IMG/VR virus record: IMGVR_UViG_3300021426_000001
DNA: 64,000 nucleotides
Strand: one strand, 5' to 3'
Origin: a virus
Taxonomy: Duplodnaviria > Caudoviricetes
Under the pieces are notes generated by a model. That model saw only the letters and a program-made list of their open reading frames with translations, was not told the origin of the DNA and ran no database searches. How positions within the stretch are numbered: position 1 is the stretch's first letter; each line of letters opens with the position of its first letter. Below, piece after piece: positions 26,867-36,376 of this stretch. A program made the position numbers and the translations under genes.

Positions 26867-27565
26867 TTATTCCAATGTATTTTTTGTTATCCTTCCGTTA
26901 TCCAAATAAGAATATACTGGAGGATTACATGTTATTAAATGATTTGATTGAACCCATAGTGTGAATAGTAATAATTCAGCTAAATGAGCTATACTTCTAT
27001 TTACAACAGTATATTTCGTCAAATCACATTTATTTAATAGCAAATCAAACAACCATTCACAATAGGAATTAAAAATTTTTCCTGTTGTTATAAACATATT
27101 GTGTCTATAATGCCAGTTATTATTTAAAATAGTTATAGCATCATTATACATATTAGGATAATGGGTGTGTATCACATCTAATATATCAAACAATTGAGTT
27201 TTTAAGCATCCACAGCATATACCATTATTTGACATAAAACGCTCAGCTAATGTGACTTGATACATACAATTAGAGTCAAATGTACTGCTATGAACTATAA
27301 TATCGTTGGATTTTAATTTTTCTTTTATATCGTTTTCGGATAATCTAAACGTTCTTTTTCTTTGTTCAAACCCAACTATATCTTCATCTTTTACTATATT
27401 TTTCCAACCATAATATAACCCAGTTAATTCACAAAAATATGGGTTATACTTATCAATATTATCTTTATCGTGTGTTATGTCGGAAAAATATGTTTCATGC
27501 ATAGGAGTCAATGGAATGTTTATCCCATGTGAATTTCCGGCTACTATTATTTTTATATTACTCAA
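26867..27565 (-). CDS. DUF4422 glycosyltransferase (divergent)
   Basis: DNIDKYNPYFCELTGLY, NMFI, YCEWLF. Confidence 0.8.
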   Translation of the reverse strand: MSNIKIIVAGNSHGINIPLTPMHETYFSDITHDKDNIDKYNPYFCELTGLYYGWKNIVKDEDIVGFEQRKRTFRLSENDIKEKLKSNDIIVHSSTFDSNCMYQVTLAERFMSNNGICCGCLKTQLFDILDVIHTHYPNMYNDAITILNNNWHYRHNMFITTGKIFNSYCEWLFDLLLNKCDLTKYTVVNRSIAHLAELLLFTLWVQSNHLITCNPPVYSYLDNGRITKNTLE

Positions 27566-27572
27566 AATATAC

Positions 27573-28223
27573 CTATCTAGTTATTTTCATACCAATAAAT
27601 TTGTTCTTTTTATTTTTCCAAATGAGCCAGGCACCAAAAAGAAATTCAGTAAAATAACCACAAATTCTACACGGAAGTTCCCTTCCAAAAGTTTTTTCAG
27701 CTAACCTATAGTTTTCAAGCACATCAAAAATAAATGAGCAATACTCATTTATAACTTCTTTCTTTGCTATAAACATATTACACATAATATGATAATCACC
27801 ATTTAGGAAATTAGTACATATATCATAATATTCTTGTCCGACATAATGTTTAGCAAAAATCAAGAATTTCTGTGTATCTAACCATTTGCCATTTCTAATA
27901 AGCCAAGTTTTAATAGGTTTCATAGTTGAATAACCTATAGAACGATTAGACAATATGTCATTATCTTTAAGGATCTCTTTAATCTCATTTTCAGAAAGTA
28001 AGTTTCCATTATCATTAACAAAATATCTTCTATAATGTTCAAGTCCGACAATATCATCATCAACATGCTTCCATAAATAGTAAAGCCCAGTGAGCTCACA
28101 GTACCACGGATTCAGAAAGTCAATGTTGTCGCCCTCATGCGGCTGATCAATCAAGAACTTCTCTCTGATGTTGTCTAATGGCAGAAAACGATTCCTGCTG
28201 CTTCCCACGACGTAAATCTTCAT
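27573..28223 (-). CDS. DUF4422 glycosyltransferase (galactofuranosyltransferase-like)
   Basis: GDNIDFLNPWYCELTGLY, GLEHYRRYF, NMFIAKK. Confidence 0.88.
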   Translation of the reverse strand: MKIYVVGSSRNRFLPLDNIREKFLIDQPHEGDNIDFLNPWYCELTGLYYLWKHVDDDIVGLEHYRRYFVNDNGNLLSENEIKEILKDNDILSNRSIGYSTMKPIKTWLIRNGKWLDTQKFLIFAKHYVGQEYYDICTNFLNGDYHIMCNMFIAKKEVINEYCSFIFDVLENYRLAEKTFGRELPCRICGYFTEFLFGAWLIWKNKKNKFIGMKITR

Positions 28224-28224
28224 T

Positions 28225-29523
28225 TTATACGTGTCCCTTCATTGTGAATTTCAGGTCACGATCGAACGTGACTCTGTTGCAGTTGAAAATTCTCTTTTTC
28301 TTATATATCATCCAAGGTCCGAGGAGATACTCTCCAATGTAGCCGTCAATCCTCGGAATCTTGAACTTGTGTCGATTGTCGAACTCTCTTAGCACCGGAA
28401 ACAGGAACTGGCAGTACTCGTCAAGCAGCTCTCTGCGGCAGATGAGCATGTTGCCCTCGTAGACGCCAGGACATACCATTATGTACTCGAAGAAGTCAGC
28501 CATCTCTTTTCCGTGCATATCTTGGACGACTTTGAGAGCTAGCTTCAGCTCATCTCCCTTCTTTGCGTAGATCATGCTCTGGAATGCTGTGTCGTATGGC
28601 CACTTGTACATGATGGCGTCACCCTGAGGAAGGATCTGCTCTATCTCACGCTTTCCTAGAATCATACGCTGATCTAAGCAGAAGTATCTGCGATAGTGGC
28701 ATAGACCTACGATGTCGGCAATAGAGTGCTTCCACAGATGATAGAGACCAGTCAGCTCGCAGTACCACGGATTGAGATTATCGATGTTGTCGCCATCGTG
28801 TGGCTGATCGACATAGAATCTAGTAAAAGTGTCGGTCGGAAGGTCTAGAAACTTGTTCTTCGAGCTGCCGACGATGTAGATCTCTACAGAATCCTTTTTC
28901 TCTTCTTTATGTTCAAAAAATTTCATTATGCGTTCATAGTGTTCATGTGCGAACCACTCCACTGATCTATGTCCAGCACCCTCGTAACCTGCGGCGTGTC
29001 CGTGCGGATCATAGATGACCTTGATCTTTGGATTGCTAGTAATCAAATTTGGGTTATGCGTTATGACGACAAGCTTATATTTCAGATTTTCCTTTTCTAT
29101 CTGCCAAAAAGCATGTTCATCATAGTCCATGTGTTCCCACTCAGTTATGAAAGCTGGATCTTCATTTCGATCTAGCATCCTTTTCAGGCGCTCTTTGTAT
29201 TTTTCAATAGCGTATAGCCAAATCCTAGATGATTTTATGTCTGGACCTTCTCGCTTGACACCATCGACATCAGGATCATATAGATAGTGAACGAATCTAA
29301 GATGGACCTTATTTTCTATCACTATCTCGAACATGTCGCCATCCTGATAGGGATGTTTTACACAGGCAACTGAGAAATCATTCCAATTCACCTTTTCCCA
29401 GTTCGTAATGAGATAGAACATCGATTTGAAGTCAAGATCTATCCATGCAAAAGGATTTGTGTTACCTTCTCCAGCGATCTTAGAAATGAAGTTGCTTATG
29501 CAGCAGTTGCCTATTAAATTCAT
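28225..29523 (-). CDS. unknown N-terminal domain fused to DUF4422 glycosyltransferase
   Basis: GDNIDNLNPWYCELTGLY, GLCHYRRYF, RIDGYIGE. Confidence 0.85.
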   Translation of the reverse strand: MNLIGNCCISNFISKIAGEGNTNPFAWIDLDFKSMFYLITNWEKVNWNDFSVACVKHPYQDGDMFEIVIENKVHLRFVHYLYDPDVDGVKREGPDIKSSRIWLYAIEKYKERLKRMLDRNEDPAFITEWEHMDYDEHAFWQIEKENLKYKLVVITHNPNLITSNPKIKVIYDPHGHAAGYEGAGHRSVEWFAHEHYERIMKFFEHKEEKKDSVEIYIVGSSKNKFLDLPTDTFTRFYVDQPHDGDNIDNLNPWYCELTGLYHLWKHSIADIVGLCHYRRYFCLDQRMILGKREIEQILPQGDAIMYKWPYDTAFQSMIYAKKGDELKLALKVVQDMHGKEMADFFEYIMVCPGVYEGNMLICRRELLDEYCQFLFPVLREFDNRHKFKIPRIDGYIGEYLLGPWMIYKKKRIFNCNRVTFDRDLKFTMKGHV

Positions 29524-29529
29524 ACAGTC

Positions 29530-29537
29530 TATTTATA
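29530..29537 (-). promoter_or_regulatory. T4-type late promoter of glycan operon
   Basis: TATAAATA 6 nt before ATG. Confidence 0.65.
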
Positions 29538-29606
29538 TCAAGTCCGATTGTTGATCGCGTGCATTCTCTGCTTCTTAAGCTCATTCTGAAAATCCATATC
29601 TTTTCC

Positions 29607-30140
29607 TTAATACTTCAGGTCTTCTCTGTAGCCGTCTAGCAGCTTCTTTCTAACTTCGTCGAGCACTTTGCCGAGACGGTTCTGACCCTTCCAATTCTTC
29701 TCATCATCAGCTAGGGGATCTCCCTCTCGAAGTCCGATGCCCCAGATCAGATCTACTGGGCTAGCCTCTACGAATCTCTTTCCGTCAAGCGCTGGATCAG
29801 TGATCTTGTCGAACAAGACTTTGTTCTGGCTGAACTTGCTTAAGCACGCCTTGAGCATGATGTCGTAAGAGACAGCGTTCCAAGCCTCTTGGTCAAAGCC
29901 CTTAGTCGTTCTGCCTAGCTTCTTAGCCAGATCGGATCTTCCCTCGTAGAAGTCCAGCTTCTCGATCAGCTCCACCGTCTCTATGTCGCAGAAGTACAGA
30001 GCCTTGCTCCATGCGTAGCACTGCTCTACGCTGAAGAAGCGTCTTCTGTGTCCATCGAACGTTGTAGCATCCATCGGAGACCATGCGAAGTTGCTCGGCC
30101 ACTGGCCCCAGAACAGGATGTGCTTATCAGTTATAACCAT
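29607..30140 (-). CDS. NADAR family protein
   Basis: SNF, SVEQ, AKKLGR, KFSQN, EASPVDLIWGIG, GQNRLGKVLDEVR. Confidence 0.92.
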   Translation of the reverse strand: MVITDKHILFWGQWPSNFAWSPMDATTFDGHRRRFFSVEQCYAWSKALYFCDIETVELIEKLDFYEGRSDLAKKLGRTTKGFDQEAWNAVSYDIMLKACLSKFSQNKVLFDKITDPALDGKRFVEASPVDLIWGIGLREGDPLADDEKNWKGQNRLGKVLDEVRKKLLDGYREDLKY

Positions 30141-30165
30141 ATCTTTTCCTTACTGAAAGTGTCCC

Positions 30166-30375
30166 TTAGTGAAAGTCGAGAAGAATTCTCTTGTCTCGCT
30201 CTTTCTTGAATGACAGATCTTCCCATGCCTTAGCGGCATCATCATATCGGCTGAACTTTGTACACCCGACTTCAGACGCTAGCCAAGTCACGAATTTTCC
30301 GTCTCCAAGGTAGTACTTCTTCTGACCATGTTCATCTACATAATATAGAAAATATTCAGGATGCTTCATCTTCAT
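30166..30375 (-). CDS. small protein, family B
   Basis: FLYY...YYL...TKFSRYDDA. Confidence 0.7.
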   Translation of the reverse strand: MKMKHPEYFLYYVDEHGQKKYYLGDGKFVTWLASEVGCTKFSRYDDAAKAWEDLSFKKERDKRILLDFH

Positions 30376-30578
30376 TCATGTCCTATCTCTAGTCCCATGT
30401 TGCGCTCAAGCTTAGACATTCTCTCCGTCCAGTACGATGCTTCGCTGTATGTGTTGAACAGTGTCTTCTTGTTCTCATCATAAACAAAGTCAGTCAAGAA
30501 GGTAGTAGAGCCGATCCTCAGATATGCTCTGTCACCGGTCTTGTTTGTGTAGTATACGAAGAATCTGTCTGGATTCAC
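30372..30578 (-). CDS. small protein, family B
   Basis: FFVYY...AYL...TLFNTYSEA. Confidence 0.7.
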   Translation of the reverse strand: MNPDRFFVYYTNKTGDRAYLRIGSTTFLTDFVYDENKKTLFNTYSEASYWTERMSKLERNMGLEIGHE

Positions 30579-30748
30579 TTCACCTCTCCATAATGATCGA
30601 CGATGTAGCGTGCGATCATTCCGCGTCTCTTGATCATCCCTGGCGTGATAGTGTTCACGTCAGCGTGATCCATAGCGTCATCGAACAGCTTCTCCCAGAT
30701 GCTTCTGTCGTCTTTCTTCTCGAAGTCCACTTTCATAGTCATGTCCAT
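30575..30748 (-). CDS. small hypothetical protein (57 aa)
   Basis: Manual translation; fills gap with coupled junctions. Confidence 0.6.
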   Translation of the reverse strand: MDMTMKVDFEKKDDRSIWEKLFDDAMDHADVNTITPGMIKRRGMIARYIVDHYGEVK

Positions 30749-31437
30749 CAGATCTTTCCTCCAAACTGTCTCTGCACTTCCGAGAGACAGATGTTTCTCG
30801 CAGCGATTAGCTGCTCTACGTTCGCGTGTATCGGCTCGTTCTCGTCATGGAACGTGAACGGCTTGCGCTCGGAGACGCATACGAACGGAATTCTCAGGTA
30901 GTACGCGAGAGCGCCGTAGTACAGGTCGTCGTTAGCAGACTCCAGGATCTTGTCTGATAGGCACTGAACGCCGATCAGATGGAAGCATCCAGGCGGATAG
31001 AGAGTAGCTGGTCCGCAAGGGAACTGACACGGCCAAGAGCCCCTGTCGACTGCGTAGCCGTGAATCTGGTGAACTCTCTCGCAGCTAACCCATGACTGGT
31101 AGAGCTTCTCTGCGTAGTTCTCTGTGTAGAGACAGTCGTCATCAGCAGAGATCACTGGGAGTTGAGGATATCTCAATAGCGCGTAGAAGACCTTCTTGAA
31201 CGCCTTGACATTCTTCGAGATCCAGATGATCTCGAACTTGTTAGCCTTCTCCAGATCCGTCAGACTTCTCGGAAGAGAAAATACTCCATTCGGAAACTCT
31301 TCTAAGCTCAGAGTCAGGCAGATGTGGAATCCAGGGCACATAGTCAGCAAGTTCTCGATCGTCTTGTGCACAGTGTCAATTCTAGCCTTCCACGAGGTCA
31401 GACTGATAATAGCTTTCTCACCGTTGTACTTCTTCAT
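30748..31437 (-). CDS. GT-A fold glycosyltransferase-like protein
   Basis: ISLTSWKARI, ISADDDCLY, LYPPG, NDDLY. Confidence 0.8.
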   Translation of the reverse strand: MKKYNGEKAIISLTSWKARIDTVHKTIENLLTMCPGFHICLTLSLEEFPNGVFSLPRSLTDLEKANKFEIIWISKNVKAFKKVFYALLRYPQLPVISADDDCLYTENYAEKLYQSWVSCERVHQIHGYAVDRGSWPCQFPCGPATLYPPGCFHLIGVQCLSDKILESANDDLYYGALAYYLRIPFVCVSERKPFTFHDENEPIHANVEQLIAARNICLSEVQRQFGGKI

Positions 31438-31575
31438 CTATTGTTCCTTTGGCTTGTACTTTGGGACTGCTTTCCATGCTGCTTCTATCACATCTTCTGG
31501 CTTGGGCTTCGGATCCCAGCCATACAGCTCACAGAGAGTTTCGTAGAGTCCCTTAGGCTTCGTTTCATTGTTCAC
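31438..31575 (-). CDS. small hypothetical protein (45 aa)
   Basis: GTG start; ends EAAWKAVPKYKPKEQ. Confidence 0.55.
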   Translation of the reverse strand: MNNETKPKGLYETLCELYGWDPKPKPEDVIEAAWKAVPKYKPKEQ

Positions 31576-31766
31576 TTATCATATCTCCAGTTCACGTAGT
31601 TGAAGCATATTCCCATGATCCAGAAGCTTCCGTCGTAGCATCGATCTTTTCCCTTGACAGCGCCATTGTTGTGCATCTTGAGAAAGCACCGAAAGAAGTG
31701 CCTAGGATACCAGTTGATAGAGAATGTCTTAGTGCCGTGGTCCCACCACTTCTCGAAGATCTTCAC
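31572..31766 (-). CDS. small hypothetical protein
   Basis: 64 aa, GGAG RBS. Confidence 0.6.
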   Translation of the reverse strand: MKIFEKWWDHGTKTFSINWYPRHFFRCFLKMHNNGAVKGKDRCYDGSFWIMGICFNYVNWRYDK

Positions 31767-31915
31767 AGCTTAGGTCTCCTTAGATTTTTCGTAGTTCTTC
31801 GTATAGTTGCATCTTGGGCATTCCCATCTGACCCAGCCTGGACCAAGATAGACATAGGCATTGAGTAAATTTACTTCTTCTTTACAGTTTTCGCACTTAC
31901 TCATATCATCTTCCT

Positions 31916-32506
31916 TTAGTTAGCGCTGAGCTCGTAAGGTCCGTAGCAGTCGGCGCGTTCGAACTTGCCCTCTTCGACATACGGCTTCACGTAGCGGAAG
32001 TAGATGTCGCTGAAGAACTCGTCGAGATCGTCAGCCAAGTCGTAGGTCTCGCCAGTCTCTTCGAGGTCAGAGTCTTCGACATAGTACTCAGACTTCTCCC
32101 AGTCCTCAGCGTCAGCGTTCTGAACCATGAAGCTGAAGCGTGCGATAGAGCTATCGTTGTCAGTTCCGATAGAGCCGCTAGAGTCTCCCATACTGACCTT
32201 CTTGAAGAGCTTCTCCATCTGGTCGACGTAGACAGTAGCGCCAGGGATGAACTCGTGGTTGATCTCGATGAGCTCCATCTCTTCCTTGTGCTTCTCCCAC
32301 TCTGGAGCTTCGAAGTACTTCTTGAAGTCTTCGACGATCTTCTTTGTGAAGTACACGTAGTCATGATACTCGCCGTCACCGTCTCCGAGCATGACCTCGA
32401 AGAAGATCTTGTAGCCCGTAGCTGCATCTTCACGCTGCTTCTTGTATGCCTTGAACTCGTCCAAGAGACCCTTGCTCTTGATGAAGTCAATTTCTAGATT
32501 TTCCAT
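31916..32506 (-). CDS. highly acidic hypothetical protein
   Basis: 196 aa, D/E-rich. Confidence 0.8.
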   Translation of the reverse strand: MENLEIDFIKSKGLLDEFKAYKKQREDAATGYKIFFEVMLGDGDGEYHDYVYFTKKIVEDFKKYFEAPEWEKHKEEMELIEINHEFIPGATVYVDQMEKLFKKVSMGDSSGSIGTDNDSSIARFSFMVQNADAEDWEKSEYYVEDSDLEETGETYDLADDLDEFFSDIYFRYVKPYVEEGKFERADCYGPYELSAN

Positions 32507-32741
32507 TAGTTGTTCCTCTCAGTAGCGGACAGCGCTTCGGCTTGTGATACTCCAAGCCGTCATATCCGATGTTTTCTCTCTGGTAGCGGTTCTTGTTGTG
32601 AGAAGTCTTCACGACTTCGAAGCTAGCCAGATCAATGTTGAAGTTTCCGAGACCGCAATAGCGTCTCCAGTTGTGAGGCGTGCCCTTGAGCTCTACCTCG
32701 ACGAAGTGTTCGCAGTCTTCACAGCCCTTTTCTAAGCTCAT
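32487..32741 (-). CDS. small Cys-rich protein
   Basis: CEDC...C...CPL. Confidence 0.7.
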   Translation of the reverse strand: MSLEKGCEDCEHFVEVELKGTPHNWRRYCGLGNFNIDLASFEVVKTSHNKNRYQRENIGYDGLEYHKPKRCPLLRGTTNGKSRN

Positions 32742-33055
32742 ATCTTACCACTCGCGTATGCATTAGAGAGATCTATCAAGTCACCACCATTAGTAGTGAA
32801 GCAGAGAACCTCTCCTATGCTGTATTTGTTCACTATAGCCGTAATATTGTCTCTGAATTCCTTCGTGAACTCGTCGTGCTTCTGTATCACTTGGCGTGCT
32901 TCATCTTCGAGTCTCTTCTTGATGTCGCACAGCTTAGCGTCAGATCCAAAGGTGCTCTGAAGATCTTCCACATTGCTGATTGCGTCGAACTTCTCTGTCA
33001 TCTCCATGACAAGCTCTTTAGTCTTAGCTTCGTACTCTTCTTTGTTCTCGATCAC
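32738..33055 (-). CDS. hypothetical protein
   Basis: 105 aa. Confidence 0.75.
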   Translation of the reverse strand: MIENKEEYEAKTKELVMEMTEKFDAISNVEDLQSTFGSDAKLCDIKKRLEDEARQVIQKHDEFTKEFRDNITAIVNKYSIGEVLCFTTNGGDLIDLSNAYASGKI

Positions 33056-33327
33056 TGGATTTCCCTCACAGTGATGACTCCAGATCCCTCTGCGACGAAC
33101 TCATAATCGCCCACGTCGTGTCCGTAGTAGTGCTCCTTAGCCATGCTGAGCTTGCTTCTTGCAGCGCCGAGAGACTTGAAGTGAGTAGCTTGTGCGAGAT
33201 CGTCAGTCCATGAGCCGTAGCCCTTCTTAGAGCCCCAGTACACGATCTTCTCTTTCTTCGTCTTAGAGTCGATGGTCTTCTTGCCTACGATCCAGAACTT
33301 GACTGGATCTCCGTATTGTGGAATCAT
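33052..33327 (-). CDS. small protein, family B
   Basis: WTDDLAQATHFKSLGAA. Confidence 0.75.
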   Translation of the reverse strand: MIPQYGDPVKFWIVGKKTIDSKTKKEKIVYWGSKKGYGSWTDDLAQATHFKSLGAARSKLSMAKEHYYGHDVGDYEFVAEGSGVITVREIQ

Positions 33328-33349
33328 AAGAGATCTCCTTGATGTTGAA

Positions 33350-33398
33350 AATATACAATAATTGCGCCCCTTTCTAAATGGTAGAGGCGCAAATTATT
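33350..33398 (-). promoter_or_regulatory. early promoter within stem-loop
   Basis: TTTAGA-N17-TATATT; TTGCGCC/GGCGCAA arms. Confidence 0.75.
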
Positions 33399-33409
33399 TT
33401 TTCTTTAAG

Positions 33410-34195
33410 CTAGATCTTGAACTGCTCTGGGTGGTCGTGCTTGAAGTTCTCGAACATCTTCTGGCAGAGCTGATTGAACTTGTTCATCGGCAGCTTAGAG
33501 CTATTCGAGAAGTCAACGATAGATCTGAAGTTCCTGATGAAGTCCACGAGTGTCAGATCTTTTACCCTAGTAGCGCTAGTGATCTCCCATACGCCCTCTT
33601 CGTTAGCGTAGTGCAGAGACCAGCAATCTGAGTGGTTGTACATGTCATCCACGTAGCTCTCTACACGGCTCATCGGAAGTCTAGACAGAACGCCGACGAC
33701 CATCTTAGCTCGATCTGGATTCAGAGGAATAGATCCAGTGAGCTTCTCATCGTCTTTGAGGCTGCGGATCTCTTCGTAGAGCTTGTTGTAAGCTTCAACT
33801 CGGCTGTCTGTAATGTCACGATGGACATCTACCTTGGACACGTCGAGAGCTTCTTTTACAAGGAATGCGATAGCCTCTCTGTTCTCGTCTGTGAGCTTCT
33901 CATGAAGTCTATCAGCGACGAACTTCTCGGATGCTTCCTGAACGGTGTTTACCATTCTCTCCTCTACTGCTTCGAGCGCAGCGTCTTTATCCTTGGAAAA
34001 CTTTGCGCAGTACTCTGCGATGTACTGATGAGCAGCATCTTCCAGCTTGTCAGAGTGATCCTTTACTCTGGCTTCCATAGCGCCTTCGAGCTCTCGGATG
34101 AACCCGTTATACTCTTCGATAGCGTGCTGGTCATTTCCGCACTTAGACTCGAACAGCTTCTTAAGGTCATCGAGCACTTCTCTCATTGATCTCAT
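33410..34195 (-). CDS. helical acidic protein
   Basis: 261 aa, coiled-coil N-half. Confidence 0.8.
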   Translation of the reverse strand: MRSMREVLDDLKKLFESKCGNDQHAIEEYNGFIRELEGAMEARVKDHSDKLEDAAHQYIAEYCAKFSKDKDAALEAVEERMVNTVQEASEKFVADRLHEKLTDENREAIAFLVKEALDVSKVDVHRDITDSRVEAYNKLYEEIRSLKDDEKLTGSIPLNPDRAKMVVGVLSRLPMSRVESYVDDMYNHSDCWSLHYANEEGVWEITSATRVKDLTLVDFIRNFRSIVDFSNSSKLPMNKFNQLCQKMFENFKHDHPEQFKI

Positions 34196-34875
34196 TTCAC
34201 TTCCCTCCCTGATTCTGCGTAGACACAGAAGAATCCAGGATCTGCGTCATCATCCCAGTCTTGAACGTTGATGATTAGCTGCTTGTCTGTAACTAATGTG
34301 TCGAATAGGCTGTCCATGAGCGCTTCCCACGTGTCATAGACGTTCTGGTCATCTTCGTCTGGTCTTATGTATTTGTTCGTGCTCTTGTTGAAGCACTTTC
34401 TCTTGAAGTCTGCCATGTACTTCTCGACTTTCGGCCACATAGCGCTGAAGTCGTCGCCGAGATACATCAGCTTCGGCTTGTCCATGCTCATAGCGCCAGA
34501 TCCCTGATCGATGACGCAGTAGACATGATCTCTCGTGATCTGCTCGCGCTTGTAAGCCTTCGTGGCCCTCATCTCTTCCATGATGCTCGGCCAAACCTCG
34601 CGCATGAACAGTTCAGAGACCGAATTATACTCATGAGCACAGAGCTGAATAGACTCCAGCGAGAAGCTGTGTCCAGCGAGATTGATGTCGCTCTTAGCTG
34701 CCCATTTCGGAATCGAGACTTGAACTGCCTCTTGATCAAGCTGTTTGATGTCGTCTGATCTTCTCACGTTAGTCGGCTCGTTTCTCAACAGCCATCTGAA
34801 ATTGATCCTTGGACTGAAGTCGTTTGGATCAAAGATGCGGTCGAACACTAGCCACATATCTTCAAATTCACCCAT
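34192..34875 (-). CDS. hypothetical protein
   Basis: 227 aa. Confidence 0.8.
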   Translation of the reverse strand: MGEFEDMWLVFDRIFDPNDFSPRINFRWLLRNEPTNVRRSDDIKQLDQEAVQVSIPKWAAKSDINLAGHSFSLESIQLCAHEYNSVSELFMREVWPSIMEEMRATKAYKREQITRDHVYCVIDQGSGAMSMDKPKLMYLGDDFSAMWPKVEKYMADFKRKCFNKSTNKYIRPDEDDQNVYDTWEALMDSLFDTLVTDKQLIINVQDWDDDADPGFFCVYAESGREVK

Positions 34876-34877
34876 TT

Positions 34878-35444
34878 TTAGTCATCCTCGTTTTCTTCTT
34901 TCCATTTCTTGTAAGCCTCGGCCCTGTGCTTGTTGAAGGTCCTCAGGTCGACTTCTTGCAGCTTCGCGTAGTCACGATTGCACCAGTAGTCGACATAGAG
35001 ATTGCCGTCCTTGCCGATGTTGAACATCTCTTCTGACGCGTAGTTGATCTCAGCGAACGGAGTGATGCGCATAGCCTTCAGCTCTTCACTTTCCTGGAGA
35101 TGAGAGTAGTCAGGGAATCGCCAACCATCACTGCACTTCTCTACCTTCTCGTAGATGAACTCATGCCAGAGCTTAGACTCGTTCCAGTACTTATTGTCTC
35201 TGTCGCTTCTGAGACCGAGGATCTTGATGATGTAGTTTCCACCGAACGGAGACTTGAAGCATCTCCCAACGAGCTGCTGAACTGTCTCTTCAGACGCATC
35301 GAAAAAGTCCATAATGCGCAGAAAGAAGTAGTCCTCTAAGTCGAAAGGCTTTCCATCTCTCATCAATTTGAGCCCCTCAGGAAGGTCTTCGACCTTAGTA
35401 CTCAGCTCATGGAGCTGTTGAAGGTTCATATCTTCTAGTTTCAT
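34878..35444 (-). CDS. hypothetical protein
   Basis: 188 aa, GGAG RBS. Confidence 0.8.
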   Translation of the reverse strand: MKLEDMNLQQLHELSTKVEDLPEGLKLMRDGKPFDLEDYFFLRIMDFFDASEETVQQLVGRCFKSPFGGNYIIKILGLRSDRDNKYWNESKLWHEFIYEKVEKCSDGWRFPDYSHLQESEELKAMRITPFAEINYASEEMFNIGKDGNLYVDYWCNRDYAKLQEVDLRTFNKHRAEAYKKWKEENEDD

Positions 35445-35453
35445 TGTTTCTCC

Positions 35454-35804
35454 CTACAGGTGTCCCTGCTTTCTCATGAACTCGTACCACTTCCCTCTAG
35501 CAGTCTCAGCTTCCTCTGGCGTCGAGAAGGCTGCTAGTCTATAGCCCTGATAGTCGGAATCCTCGAACTTCCAGCTTCCGTCTTTCTTGATCTTGTAGTA
35601 GGTTCTGCACCAGTCCCAGTCCCAGTCTTCCCAGGTGCCAGCACGGCAGTACACTTCCAAGAACCACATTCCGTGCTGTCTCACGATCCTGGCCTGATAC
35701 ATATTCTTATAGTGAAGCGTTTTCTTTCGCTCAGGAAGAACGACTGATACCAAGATCGCCAGAATGCACATAACGATCGATAATAAGATCCCAGCTGTGT
35801 TCAT
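35454..35804 (-). CDS. membrane protein, family C
   Basis: TM plus WEDWDWDW. Confidence 0.75.
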   Translation of the reverse strand: MNTAGILLSIVMCILAILVSVVLPERKKTLHYKNMYQARIVRQHGMWFLEVYCRAGTWEDWDWDWCRTYYKIKKDGSWKFEDSDYQGYRLAAFSTPEEAETARGKWYEFMRKQGHL

Positions 35805-36376
35805 TCAGCTTTCTCCTCGGATTTCTCTTTGGATTTCTCTTCCTTCAGTCTCCAGAACTCTCTAGCGATAGTGTCAGTGACTCTGAAGTTGTTGCCGTCG
35901 TAGATGTCGCAGCAGAGACCAACCTCGGAAGCGGGCCTGCACTTCTCGTAGACAGCCTCCCAGAACTTCTCACGATCTTCCCAGTCAGGGAGATCGAATC
36001 CCTCGTCTGTCTGGTTCTCGTACCAGAACGGACGAAGATTAACGTTCTCCTTGAGGAACTTGGCTGTGCTGTTCGACGGGAAGAACTGGATAGCGACATA
36101 GTTGACGCCGTCAATGGTCTTAGCGAATACGACAGCCTGGAGCTGGTAGTCCCAGACTCCGCCCTTGCGAGGATCTTTCGTATCTTTCTCTAGAGCTTCT
36201 ATCACGTCGAACTCACCTTCCATGTTCCTGTAGAAGCAGTCCCATCTGAGCATGTCCTTCGGGACCCACTCGATGAACTTCTCTCGCAGATCAGCCAGAT
36301 ATTCTCTAGCTCTGTCCACGTCCGCGAACTCTGCGTTCTCTTTGAAGAGATATGCGTAGAACACTTTCATCGACAT
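35801..36376 (-). CDS. hypothetical protein
   Basis: GGAG RBS before MSMKVF; YENQTD motif. Confidence 0.8.
   Translation of the reverse strand: MSMKVFYAYLFKENAEFADVDRAREYLADLREKFIEWVPKDMLRWDCFYRNMEGEFDVIEALEKDTKDPRKGGVWDYQLQAVVFAKTIDGVNYVAIQFFPSNSTAKFLKENVNLRPFWYENQTDEGFDLPDWEDREKFWEAVYEKCRPASEVGLCCDIYDGNNFRVTDTIAREFWRLKEEKSKEKSEEKAE

Larger units (their letters stand above)
25320..28085. other. AT-rich acquired cassette within glycan locus (boundaries approximate)
   Basis: Abrupt shift to AT-rich sequence and codon usage relative to flanks. Confidence 0.75.

Noticed and set aside
33410-34195. T4 gp22-like scaffold protein
   Set aside because: Only generic acidic coiled-coil resemblance; no late promoter or head-gene context
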